A stretch of DNA of 64,000 nucleotides, taken from the NCBI GenBank assembly GCA_043228905.1, contig JBHGNT010000001.1, forward strand, positions 31,868,001-31,932,000, written 5' to 3'. Positions 51,759 through 64,000 of the stretch are shown here, in pieces. This DNA comes from Azolla caroliniana. Lineage: Eukaryota; Plantae; Polypodiophyta. How positions within the stretch are numbered: the stretch's first letter is position 1; each line of letters starts with the position of its first letter. Made by a program: the position numbers and the translations under genes. The notes under the pieces were generated by a model. The model was given only the letters and a program-made list of their open reading frames with translations. It searched no databases and was not told the DNA's origin.

Positions 51759-52631
51759 AAATGTTGTATAAACAATTTTAGAACCTACTGGAGATGGATC
51801 TGGTCATTTAAGGGGCCAACTAAATTTATTCTCTTTCGATGGCTATTAGTGCATATGGCACTACCAGTCAGTCATTCATTGAAAGGGAATGTAGCACCCA
51901 AATTGCGGCAATGTGGATTTCGCCATGAGGCTCTAGAGACTACCAAGCATGTCCTATGGTCTTGTCCATTCGCTCAACAAGTATGGAATAAAGTCATGTC
52001 TTTTTTCCTAACAATCAATGTTGATTGCCTATTCTCATGGGGATCAACGATGTGGGGAGTGTTACATTCCAACTTGATGTTGTATGAGGCAAACGATGAT
52101 CACGAGGCAATGACAATACATAATAGAAGATTGATATTAGTTAGTCCCTTTCAACAACCCCGAATGCAGGTGTGATCTATCCAGATTTGGAAAACAGTGA
52201 CCACAGTAACGTTATGGGCATTATGGAAATGTCGATGTAACCAACTTTACGATGCAACATAAATTCATATCTCAGACGTGCTACTTGAGATATGGGAGAA
52301 CTTGCTGGCAGTTGTTCGTGGCCAATATGATAATATGCATGGTTCCCCATCACTATGAACAAGAGACGGAAAAGCTTCTTCTCTTATGGAAAAAGTTGCC
52401 CCTGTTTACAATTTCAACTCAAGGACCTCAATGGCATTATCTTTCTTGAATATCAACATATTTCAACACCTTCCACAAAGTTCGATATTTGGTCCTAGGT
52501 TATTTTACATCATTGTATATAAAAAGTTGTAACCTCTTGGGGCAGCTAGGTTCAAGTTGTAGCCTTCGGGCGTTGTTTTCTTAATACTATTGAAGAAAAT
52601 CTTTTACAAAAAAAAAATGTTGTATGAACAA
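51759..52631 (+). mobile_element. 5'-truncated LINE copy, subfamily E
   Basis: TSD aaatgttgtat(a/g)aacaa (51759-51775, 52615-52631); YWRWIWSFKGPTKFILFRWLLVH...QCGFRHEALETTKHVLWSC...LFTISTQGPQWHY; ends ttttcttaatactattgaagaaaatcttttac-An. Confidence 0.9.
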
Positions 52632-52934
52632 AGCAACCACATAAGCTATGAATTATAGTTGGCCAAATTACTTTTAGCATGCTTGCACGTAAGATTTAAA
52701 TAGTTGGTAGAGCCTTTAACGTATTTCCAAGCTTGCATTAACCACAATATTTTAAACAATGTACTAGTTCTACGTTCTATTTATTTGTGAGGAAAATCTT
52801 ACTAGTGCATCAATATATTTAAATTCCAAGGCATTCGTTAAGTACACATGCTAAATCCATATATATATATATATATATAGCTCATGATTTATTAGCAATA
52901 TTAATGTGATCTTGACAATTTAACAATATACATG

Positions 52935-53059
52935 GGCCATATATGCACCTACCATGGATCTTAAATGTAGCCATTTGTTATCATTGACATAATCAAGGCC
53001 ATATAGGCACCTACCATGGATCTTAAATGTAGCCATTTGTTGTCATTCACATAATCAAG
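52935..53059. repeat. Tandem duplication, period 62 bp
   Basis: ggccatata(t/g)gcacctaccatggatcttaaatgtagccatttgtt...cataatcaa at 52935 and 52997. Confidence 0.92.
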
Positions 53060-53580
53060 ACCATTGACGAATGAGTACTTCAAAATTGTGAGCCTCACAC
53101 TCCTTGAGGCACTCAAATCGAATTGTGTACTAGACAATCATGCTTGATGTACATGTGTAACATCCAAAGAACCTTAAAATTTAAGTAAATATGTCTTTAA
53201 GATAGAGATATTTACATGTTTGTATGTACAAATAGTTTATTGAAAACATTTAAATGTAGTATTGGACCTTTAAGATTTACTTACTAATGTAGCTTGATGC
53301 ATAGATTTCCTTGTACTTACCAAGGGAGGTTAAATGTAGCTTAATGTCGATCATGCATATAAATCTTCCTTGTTCTCCCAAAATTTCCTTGTACTTACCA
53401 AGCCATATTAAATGTTATTTATTGTTGATTATGTATATAAACCTCTTGAGTATTCCTATGAGAGTCTACTTATGTTTTGACTATTAATGAAAAGAAAGAG
53501 AGTTTGGTGTAACGATGTCCAGAGAGGTAGAGCACAATCTTGTATTATGTTTGTCTAGAGCATCCCATTCCAAGGAGACT

Positions 53581-53889
53581 TGTGTCTCTAAGTGTACAAC
53601 TTCTTTTTTTAAAGAAAGATATGCCTTAGTATATTACTTGAGAAATGTACATATAGAAAACAGAAGGAGACATTTCATCTTACCTTTATTGTAATACAAA
53701 GGCTAATACCAACATTTGATCAAACATATGATATCATATAAGAAACAAGTTAAGCACAAACTACAAGCTATGCAATAAAAAAGAAGGTATGGCATAATTC
53801 CATCTCATACCATAAGTTGTATCTGAAAATAAATGAAGCCCTTGCCATCGTTTCTTAAAGTCCTAGGTGTGTCTCCAAGTGTACAACTT
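53581..53889 (-). mobile_element. Short LINE copy, subfamily F
   Basis: 22-bp TSD tgtgtct(ct/cc)aagtgtacaactt (53581-53602, 53868-53889); minus strand DFKKRWQGLHLFSDTTYGMRWNYAIPSFLLHSL*; ends atatactaaggcatatctttcttt-An. Confidence 0.82.
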
Positions 53890-54940
53890 AAGGCCTCCTT
53901 GGTAAGTAATGTGAGACATACAAGTAGGTGAAAAAATAGTTGGTAGGCACAGAACCAAGGCATTGTGTCAAAGACCTTATCAAGTGGTTATCAAGCTTTT
54001 GTTATTGTCCAATAGGCATCAGAAAAATATCATTCAAACCCATGTCCTATCTTTGTTAATTTCAAGATGAGAAAAGGAATGATATGATGATCTTGCCAAG
54101 GGGTGCAAGTTATCCTAAAAGGACGATCATTGTGACCATGTGGTTGAATGTCATTAAAGAAGTTTGGATGAGTGGCAAAAGGGGTTCTTAAGCATCAAAT
54201 CATAAAATGCTTTGTGAGACATCAAATTATAAAAATGTCTTATGTGTACATAAGCATTCCGCCTTTTGCATTGAAATATGAGAGTTGTGAGGGAAAGACA
54301 TGGACATCAATGAGTACATACCCACATGCTTAGATGAGGTCAATGGTAGATACAAACAACTTAGAAATGCAAAGAGAATATCCTAGGATATGGGTGGCGT
54401 TAAACAACTATATCACATAGGACTTTGAGGCACCAATAGTGCGTATCAAGGCCCTAACGAGCATAGACACAAATCTCAAAAGAACCACAAAAGATAGACA
54501 CCATACAAATGAACTATGGTGTACAAATGTTGGACATTGGGTTGTAACTACAAATGATGAAAGGCACCCTTGACTTGCACCACATGTCATTTTTACAACC
54601 ACAAAACCATCAACTATTGGTAGAACACAAAGTGTCAACCTACAATTTAATTGGATTTGTATTTTGCATAACATGCGAAAATTTTCCAACTTGGTGGTCC
54701 ATTCAAATTCTAAATTTGTTGTTCATTATCTTGCATGACAAATATAAGAATTTTCATAAATCTACATGAATTTTTACTCAAAAAATGCACATAACATTAT
54801 GAAAAGTTGATGCGATCTACGTTGTAGAAATAGTTACTCCATAAACACACATAATACTACAAGAAAGATGATCTTTTCATATGTATCTGATGAAATAGTC
54901 CGTTACCATCATTCTATTGCTTTCAATAACGGAAGGACAA

Positions 54941-55174
54941 GGTGTTCAATTCATTTATTCTTCAAACCCTTCAAAGCTTTAGAGCATTCACTGCACATCT
55001 TCTCTTCAAATTTGCCCTTTGTGTATTGAATTCATAGGTCACAAACATTAATAAACTCGGTGTTCAATTATTTTATTATTCAAACCCTTTCAAGCTTTAG
55101 AGCATTCACTCGACATCACCTCTAAAAATTTGCCCTTGCGTATCGAATTCATAGGTCACAAACATTACTAAACT
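54941..55174. repeat. Diverged tandem duplication, period 118 bp
   Basis: ggtgttcaatt...gaattcataggtcacaaacatta(a/c)taaact at 54941 and 55059. Confidence 0.9.
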
Positions 55175-56080
55175 TAAAATTTGAAGAGACAATTAGTTTT
55201 CACTTTATTCCAATTCCAATTCATTTTAATTTCAAAATAAAGACCATTCCCAAAGTTTCATCACTAATCTAAAACATTGCTTCCATTCTATTTGATCAAT
55301 TATAAGTAGTTACAATGGTGTGATCGTGCTTATGGATGACTTACGCCAATTAGGATCCTAGGATTGAGGTTGCACTTTGCTAACTACTTACTATAGTATG
55401 TAGTGTCTAACTTCCTTCTCTTTCTATTTGTCCCCTTACAAAAGGTTTTTATATATGTTGTGAAGTTGGAGAAGGACAAAACTGTTTGCACCATTCACAC
55501 ATAGGATATGAAATCTTTGTCGGTTGCATAAGTACTTGATTACATACTATTTAGTATTAAGTATTAAAACTTGACTACTAGAAAATACCTTAATATCATA
55601 AACGCCATCGTAGTTTGATTCCCAAACCCTTATATAATTATATGTAATTGGTGATAGAATTACATTGGGGCTTTATTGTTAAAACCCATCTAACTGCCAA
55701 CAACTTCTAACCACTCTCTTGTGTATTCATCTAAATTTCTCCAAATATTTATCACAGTACTTTGGACATAAGAACTTTAATGCAGTAAATAAATTTCTTA
55801 TATGACATATAAGGATCACATAATCATTTTGCATGTCATATGCTTCAAGCATATTCACCGCATCATCTTTATACGTTGGACCCAAACGTAGGAAATGTTG
55901 GTGTGAAATGTCTTCAATACTACCAAAGGTCATGAATCCATTATGATTAAGTGCCTTTCCCAGTAAAGATTTAGTACGAAGTGCATATCTATAAGTTATA
56001 ACAACTGTATTACCAAGGAATGTTAAAACAAAAAGTTTCAATAAATGATTTGAGATGTTCTCGAATGGATATCATTAGAA

Positions 56081-56353
56081 AATGAGAACCAAGTTGCACC
56101 TTATAATGAGTAAATATGGATACAAAGTATTTCAATTATGTTATAGATAATAATAAAACTTCAATTTGACATGTTAAATAAATATTTGATTTAGTTGTGT
56201 ATTAGGATTTAGTAGCATTGAGGAGAGCTTAGAAGTCATGAATGAGTACCAATATTGCATCTTATAATCAGTAAATCTGGATATAAAGTACTTCAATTAC
56301 TTACATTATAGATAATAATAAAGCCTCAATTTGAAATGTTAAATAAATATGTG
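56081..56353. repeat. Diverged direct repeat of about 110 bp, period about 160 bp
   Basis: aatgag(a/t)accaa...ttgca(c/t)cttataat...ttatagataataataaa...atgttaaataaatat at 56081 and 56241. Confidence 0.85.
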
Positions 56354-58061
56354 CTATTTATTTTTCTAGATGATGAGAATCTTCATTACTAATCACTAAT
56401 AACTCAGAACCAATATTATATATGATAACTATTACATTATTGTGGATATATCGTATTAATTAGGGCACTTGTTTCGATTTGGATGGGCACTTAACAAAGT
56501 TAATCATCTATACTTTCCTATCCATGTTGATGGTTAAAAGTTTGACATTTGAATACTATGACTCATTCAAAAAAGGAATTACATGTCACGTGACATATTT
56601 TGAAATCCTTTACCGGTATCTACAAGCCTTGCCCAAGTTGTCGATGACAAAAGATGAGACATTCGAGAAACTGCTCACAAGGCCAAGGGAGGAACAAAAA
56701 TGAGTGGCAAGGACCATTGATACACTTCTAGCACATACAATCAAGACACCATTTCGGGGAGTGTTCTTTAAAACTCTAGCATAATACAAAAATTAATGTA
56801 GAAGGGGGTAGAGAACAACCACCAAAAGTCTAAAACTTCCATAAACATATCCAGCACATAACGAGATGGATTGGTGAAATTAACTCCAAAAAAGTTGGAA
56901 TCTAGACAGTTTGAAATAAAGGTTTGAATAGTTGGAATAAAATCCAGATTTCATAAAAAAGAAAGATTGGGAGTTGTTATGCTCTCTCCAAAATTGACAA
57001 GAATATGGCACAAAGTCAGAGGCGATTGTTGAACAAATCTAACCCCTTTGATGACACAATTGTTCCCAAATATATTATAGGTGGAGCTTCTTATTTTAGT
57101 TGCAAAATGATATGGAGTTTTACAAAGAATAGATTATTAGTACTATCATTACAATGATATCAATGTCATCGTTTTTTATTATGCATCACTATCACCAAGA
57201 GCATGTGTTCAACAGGTGGACCAAGCATTTTGATATCTAATATAAACCGATACAAGATTAAGAAGCTATTCCTGATTGTTTGGGTGGCAGAATACAGAAC
57301 ACTTGGGAATAAAAGAACAGAACTATGGCCTAAACAAAACAAACCGATTATCAATTATATTTTCTTTTACCAAATTCTCTCTCTCGTCATTGGATATGCT
57401 TCTAATTTATAATAGCAAACATTAATCTATCTTTTTCAATGTTGACGAGAGTATAAGGAGAAAAGGAAAAATGGTAATTAAGGAGGACTGACAGTGTATT
57501 GTAAAGAAAATTAAGAGACCAGAAAAGACCAGATGAAAACATGCAAAATCCATCATGTGCCAAGATGAAACAGTGCTATACTATAAAACTTGCAAAAGAT
57601 AGAAAACATTAGGGATAAAGGTACAGTCAACAGCAAAAATAATAATAATAATATAAATAAATAAATAAATGACGTATAGCATACCTGCCAAAAACTTGCA
57701 AACTACACAAAAAATTTAACGAGTCTAAAGAATAAAAAACGTGATAAGAATCAAACACACCTTACCCTTGCGAGTATTATAGTCATAACAGGTAACCAGA
57801 GCAGAATAAGAAACTGGATAACCCAACATGTCATTTGAACTGCATCTCAAAAATATAAGCAAAACTTTTATATGAAAATAGTCCTGCCCACTTTTAAATA
57901 TCTCCTGTGAAAGGTGTCATGAATGACCCTTCAATGGGTTGCTTTTCCACATTAAGACTATACCTACATTTGAGCATGTTTCATAGCCTTTTTTAAAAGA
58001 ATTGGTTACAAATACACTTAGCCCAGTCCAGAGCATCCACAGCTAATCAAAAATGGGAGTT

Positions 58062-61000
58062 TTAGTTGTTTTGTTCAACTGAAGCAACTGCGAAGCATGG
58101 GTGTTGGGAGAAAGTAAATGAAACCTTCAAAGTATTCCCTGGCCCAGCTTTATCTATAATTTTCAGAACAATCAAATTCCTTGATGCTACCTGTTTGAGT
58201 TGATTAATCTCAGTAGTCCTCTGTGACCGACTGATTGTAGCCATGGTAGGTGACTTTGTCAGATTATGACTAAGTTCTTGCAGATGTTGCTGCAGAGTCA
58301 TAAAGTAATGACTTGACCAATAGTACTGCTCCTTGAGCTGAAGGAAAATAAAATAATCAATCATTTCCATAAAACCATTATTAAATTTCTGAGGTGACGT
58401 ATGATCATGTATTAATAATTAAAACAAAAAAGACAAACAAAATCATAGAAATCTATAGATCAGTCAAAATAGATATTTAGGACATGCATGCACGAACAGT
58501 GTTATACACATGCTCAAAATGTACATACAGTTTAGGTAGCACATGCATGGCCACATTTTGGACCTGGTTCATATAGTATCTAGTAATCCAACTAAGACAA
58601 ATGAAGACCGAAACCAATATATATACATATACTCACTCTATGAATTGGTTACAATGGAAAGAAAAGAGTAAAAGTTGAGTAAGTAAAGATGTATACACAG
58701 GAATAATAGACAACTTTTAGCTATGTGGGGATGAAAATATGGGACCAGATTGTGCTTACCGAAAGGTTTCTCTGCCGAATGAACTCTTTGTAATGAAAAT
58801 ATGACAGTGGCTGTGGAATTGGAACTTTCTGAAATAAATCAAACCTTTGCACAAATCTCTGTAAAACACATAAGATTCAAATGAGAAAAAATCACCATAT
58901 ATTTAGAAAAGTTTAATCGGTCAGTTGATACCTCATTTTCTGTGTTGAAAATGGTCTGCCGATCATGAGTAACTTTCTGATCAGTAGCTAAAGCTGCCAT
59001 CATCTGCAATCATTTAATGTCCATTAAGAAAAACATATCAAGAAAACATTGTACATATTCATTATAGAAGAGGATGACTCTTACCCATGAAAGGGCCTTG
59101 CATAGGTCCACATAGCACTGTAACAGCAGAATTCGTGGTGTCAAATGGAGCTCATCGTCTACGCCCTTCACCAATCCTTTTTTCTTGTTCTTCTTCTTCT
59201 TTTTGACTGATGATGATAACAACAGAGAAAGTGATGTCTTCCGTGTGAGCCTATTGAAAGCAACGCAAATAGTCATATATTGAGCCTAATGCAGCCTAAG
59301 ATCCTTTTCTCTTTCGAAGATGATAAGACGGATGCAATGATATTATACACGAGACATTGAAACTCCTAGTGCATCAAATGTTTCTGTATGCTCCCAAGTT
59401 GCTTTTAGAGACGCAGATGTGCTACCTAGATCAGAAGAGTCTGAACTCGTCAGCTTCTTTTCCTTCAGTTGCTTGTAATGCAGTTCTGTGAGAATGATAT
59501 GCTCTAAATACCTACAAGTGAAATAAATTATTGTTCACGAGAAAGAACACATTGAGGAATGTCTTAAACTTTCCCAACAAACAAAACCATACCAATAAAC
59601 CATACAGTATTCTGCAGGTGCATAAAGCTGCAGTTGAAACCCCAGCATCAAGAGATGCATTGAAATCCAGCAGGTCTGCTGAGCAGTCCAACCCATAATA
59701 ACATTCTCCCACCACTCCTGTCACATGCTATGTTCATTAGACCATGAAGAAACAAAAATAATGAGCCGACACCTCATGAAATACACACCTTATCCTGCAA
59801 GGGAGCAAGGGTGTTCTGCATTAAATTATCAAATATAGTGTCTGCCTGTAGGCAAGTCACCCATAAGAACATGGTCTTTAAAACAGTAATAGTATCACTA
59901 TTAGCATTTACATATTATACCTGTTGCAACAAGAGTCCCCATTCTGCCAAGATCTTACCAAGTTTGCGATGCTGCCAAGACATGTTGGTACAAAGCATCC
60001 TCACTAGACACATGGTGAACTGTTTTCAAGAACTCATCAGCACATTGCACAAATAAAGTCATATTTGTGTAAAAACAAAGACGTCGCATCAACTCCCACC
60101 TGTCCAGCTTTAACAACAAAACTGTCAGACTCAAACGCTTTGCTTGTGACAGTGTCAGGCAAGTTAAATGTATTATGCAAAGCAACAGAAGTACTATCCC
60201 GGCCAAAAAACTTTCCGTCTTGTGCAACTAAAATCTGCAAAACAGAAACTTGCGTTAACAAAATCAGCAATTAGATTAGCAAAAGCTTTAGAGTTAAAAA
60301 TGAACAGTGAATTACTTGAAGGAATGTTCTAGCAACTAAATCTGGATTACGCTTCTGGAAGTCTACAATTGCTTGAAGAAGTTCTTCCAAACTAAGATTT
60401 GTCGATAATGTACATATAATATCCAGATCTTCAAGCAATTTTACAAAATATTTTCTGGTCTGCCAAAATAAAAGTAACCATAATCAGAGACCAAATCAAT
60501 AGAACCAACAATGATTAACTAAAACATCATTAACGAATATGATAAAGTATACACAATTGAGACTTGTATATTATTTTGAATATACAGGTGAGACATCTAC
60601 ATATAAAATTGACTTCACCAGATTTCAGGAACTCAAAACGTGTTCTAGTTTCTCATATACCATTCAAATGTAAAATTCAGAAGATTTATAACCTTCCAAT
60701 ATCTCATTAAACAAGGGAGGAATGAGATATATCTACTTGATGTTGGAGGAGGCAATTGATTTAGCCCATGCATGACAAACCAAGATCTCTACATAACATA
60801 GAAAGCTATTGCTCTAGTCCATGATAAACTGATACATGAGATATCTACTCTATATGATCAATTGTACCTTAACTTAATGACTTCTGCTATGCATATAACT
60901 CATCACTCTAATCTTCATAACTTATTTTTGTATCTTCTTCATACCATTTGCTCTTTTTCAAATTAGGTCCAGCTGATGTCTCAACAATAAGTTTGGCACA

Positions 61001-63029
61001 TATTAAGTAGAGCTAGATTCCATTGATGTGATTGAGATTGCAGTTATGTGAGATGGGATGCAATAGTCACTCAAGTTTTTGCCCATTCAATCAATGAAAC
61101 AGATGTTTTCCTTTCACAAATAATTTCTAAGCAGAATAATAACTATATTCATATCTATGTTGGCAATTAATCACAAGTATCTCTGACTTGGACTACTTTT
61201 TGTAATTCGAAGAACGACAAGGCCAGATTTTAAATCAAATCTTTTATACCTAGAAAAAGGATAGAGACATGAATTAAGATTGCTATTCAATTTTTCTCCA
61301 AAGAAGATCCAAAAAATTACAAAATAAAATCACACGCATTCTTAAGTACAGTATACTTTCATAGATAGGAAGCCTTGATCTGTACGACAATTCCCTGATT
61401 ATAAAAATGCAAATCTAGGTCATCAATGCTTTGTCACAAGTTCATGAACATGAAAATTGAAACCTAGGTCTTCAATACTTTGTCAGCTCACTTTAAAAAC
61501 TGATACTTCGATTTCTTTAAGTGGAGAAGGAAAAAGATATTTTCTAGGGTAAAATTTAAATTAATTTTATGTTGTTCATTCGCTTAATACAAGCATACCT
61601 CCTCCCAACTGATAATGCTGATTGCTCTTGGTGGTGTAGGAGCAGATATTCGCCTATTTACCCTTGCATCAAAACCAACTGCTTCCCTACCAGAGGCTGT
61701 TGTTTTCTGAGATCCAAGGAAACTATCACCAGCACAATGTGATAAAAATTCTGAAGACTTCTCAATGTTCTTTATTTCTGAAAGTGCAACACTGATATGT
61801 TTGTGTGCCATCTCCAAACCTCTTCCCTGAGGCTTGTTCATATTGATTATTAAGTGATGAAAAGCCTGCTTGGAATTGAAATTGATATTTAGCAATCTAC
61901 TATGTCGAACTAGCAATCAAAGTCGATTAGAGACAAGTCAAGTTTATGACCTTCCGAAATCGTATCCGACAAAGGAGTGCCTCACAAAAACCTTCTTCCA
62001 AGGCAGGATCATCTTGCAATGACTCGATTTCTGTCAGCATGGGTCACAAAATACATCATGACACCTAAGAACGAAAAAATAGGTACAACTTTGTAAAATT
62101 AATACACTACACGAACCTTCAGGGATCTTTTTCTTTGAAGTTATACCCTTGCTTCCCTTCAGCTGCCGTATTACACACTCTTCCACCAAATGCAGCCAAG
62201 ACAAACATTTGACATCACCTTCTCCTTCTAGTGGGAGTCCAAATGCCAAAGTAAAAAGTTCTTCTTCCTGAGAAACCATGCAATATCATTATTCGTCTAT
62301 TCCATGCATTATCAGTATTCTTCTATTCCACATAAGATATTTTAACAAGTTCCCAAAATCATACTTATCTAAATCATCAAGCAACTGAGATTCCGACTCT
62401 TTCTGTTTTTCTGCACTGATACATTATACGGAAGAGGGAAGTCTTACCTCATTTGAATGAATAGAATACACTGCAGCCCGAATAAGATTGCATGTTGCTC
62501 TAGTGGTTCTGCAATATGCATGCAATAAAGCATTTGGGGAGGTTCTATCAAGATTTAGCAGATAAAGACAAGAAAACACCGTCTGCGCTAAAGAATGTCC
62601 TCGGTGCCATGTTGCCTGCCTCCCATCAGGTTGCATAGACATTAATCACCCCATGCAAAAAGTGTTATAAAATTTTAAATCATTGCAATAGCACATTCTC
62701 TACCTCGCATGATAAAAGGTGATCCATAACATCTATCAACTCAAGAACACTCAAATTAATTGGAGCAAATCCTTTCTCAATTGCCTCTTCAAGTGTATTG
62801 GTGGCAGAGCCTGTCATTCCTGCGTCCATCTTCGGGTCCATAATCTGACCACCATTTTTATTTAGGTATGAGTTCTTAAATCCATTTTGACATGAGTTCT
62901 TAAGTCCACCTACTACAATAATGGAAAAAACAGCAAACATAAAGTGATGCTAATAACTTACCTCTAGAGCAGACATGGCCTCAAACAGACTGAAGTTCTC
63001 CCCATTTACTAACTGGCCAACTTCCAAGT
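58062..63029 (-). CDS. NAA35: N-alpha-acetyltransferase 35, NatC auxiliary subunit (MAK10); first coding exon not resolved in the window
   Basis: In-phase exons 62962-63029 (LEVGQLVNGENFSLFEAMSALE), 62704-62844 (IMDPKMDAG), 62448-62615 (ATWHRGHSLAQTVFSCLY), 62117-62267, 61951-62030, 61599-61865 (GFDARVNRRISAPTPPR), 60316-60459, 60100-60234, 59921-60019, 59789-59845, 59593-59717 (GFQLQLYAPAEYCMVYW), 59426-59511, 59085-59206, 58932-59003, 58760-58858, 58062-58337 (LKVSFTFSQHPCFAVA). Confidence 0.93.
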
Positions 63030-64000
63030 CTGCAGTAAATCAAAGTAGACAATAACACAATTGAAAACTGTCATGCATCCGCATAACCTTAAATGAATTG
63101 AAGGAATATCCCTCAAAACCAATGACACTAAAAGCTAAGGTAAACAAAATTATGCAAAACACGAAATATCGGAGCTACTTACTGTTCAACAGGCAGAGTG
63201 AATAGTAGAAGAACAAGATCAGGTTGCAGATTAAAATACATTCATGATTCAGGTAAAGGTTGCAAAGATCACTTAACAACTAGGCCCACAAAAAGATAAA
63301 CAAGACAATAATAGAAATAGATTCACAAGGACACTCCTGAAATTAATGCTCAACAACAGGGCCAAAGAAAAGAGAAATATGATGAATATTTGAAATTTTA
63401 AAAAAATCCAAAAATATTCATGATGAATATTTGAAAATTAAACGGATTTTAATAATATTTCTTAATTTACAATGATACAACCAGGACAACGAAAAGAGAA
63501 ACATGATGAAAACAAGAAAAAAGCAGATTTTAGATTAAATCTATGAGATTCCTATTCAGCAGCCAGGCTGGAAGAAAATGGAACATGATACACTAAAACT
63601 AAGAGAAAGCTCGAGGCACTGTTCATATTCTCCCTAAAAGGGAGGATGGACAACACATTCAAGAAAACAAATTAGCAATTCTAAGCTAGCCAAGGTGAAA
63701 GATGCCAGTTATTCTTGCCATAATAAGATATAACGCAGGAAATGGAATAGTTACCACTGCCGAAATAAAAGATATAGCCAAGAAAAAGATTTTTCAAGAA
63801 CACAGAAAAGGTGAAAGAATTCTCAAATCACCTGGATATTTTACGAGTTTGCAGAAAATTAAATGAGGAAGTTAGAAATTAACATTGCACGCAAAATAAA
63901 TGAGAAAATTGAAGTTACGATTATAGACATCAGCGATGAAGCTAGACACAGGATGATGCTAGAAACTAGAACACACTCACCTAGTATCAAGAAATACATC

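Noticed and set aside
63981-64000. Candidate first NAA35 coding exon ending at the donor-like ctag|gtgag
   Set aside because: Only 20 nt are visible and the translation does not match the expected N-terminal MAK10 sequence; unresolved.

Overview
AT-rich eukaryotic (land-plant) genomic DNA with GT-AG introns. A ciliary-type CFAP20 and a PLS-class PPR relic suggest a seed-free plant with flagellated sperm, probably a fern (inference). Six protein-coding genes could be assembled by hand with in-phase canonical splice sites: the 3' part of an atypical full-size PDR-type ABCG transporter (+), an R2R3-MYB (+), CFAP20/BUG22 (-), a serine carboxypeptidase-like protein (-), an intronless GC-rich 3-ketoacyl-CoA synthase (-) and most of NAA35/MAK10 (-). 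Intergenic and intronic space carries about 13 5'-truncated non-LTR (L1-like) retroelement copies from several divergent subfamilies, most with readable target-site duplications. They share a C-terminal W-x-Y-x-x-P-R-W-L-F-P-P-type motif and a conserved 3' terminus (AA(T)ACYA motif, often a hairpin, then oligo-T, then poly-A). They include a twin-priming-like inversion, a nested insertion and a tail-only insertion. Many local 36-260 bp tandem duplications are also present. The main points of interest are the ABCG, whose second nucleotide-binding domain has lost its catalytic residues while the frame stays intact, and the retroelement family with its conserved 3' signal. All alignments were done by eye; no database searches were run.
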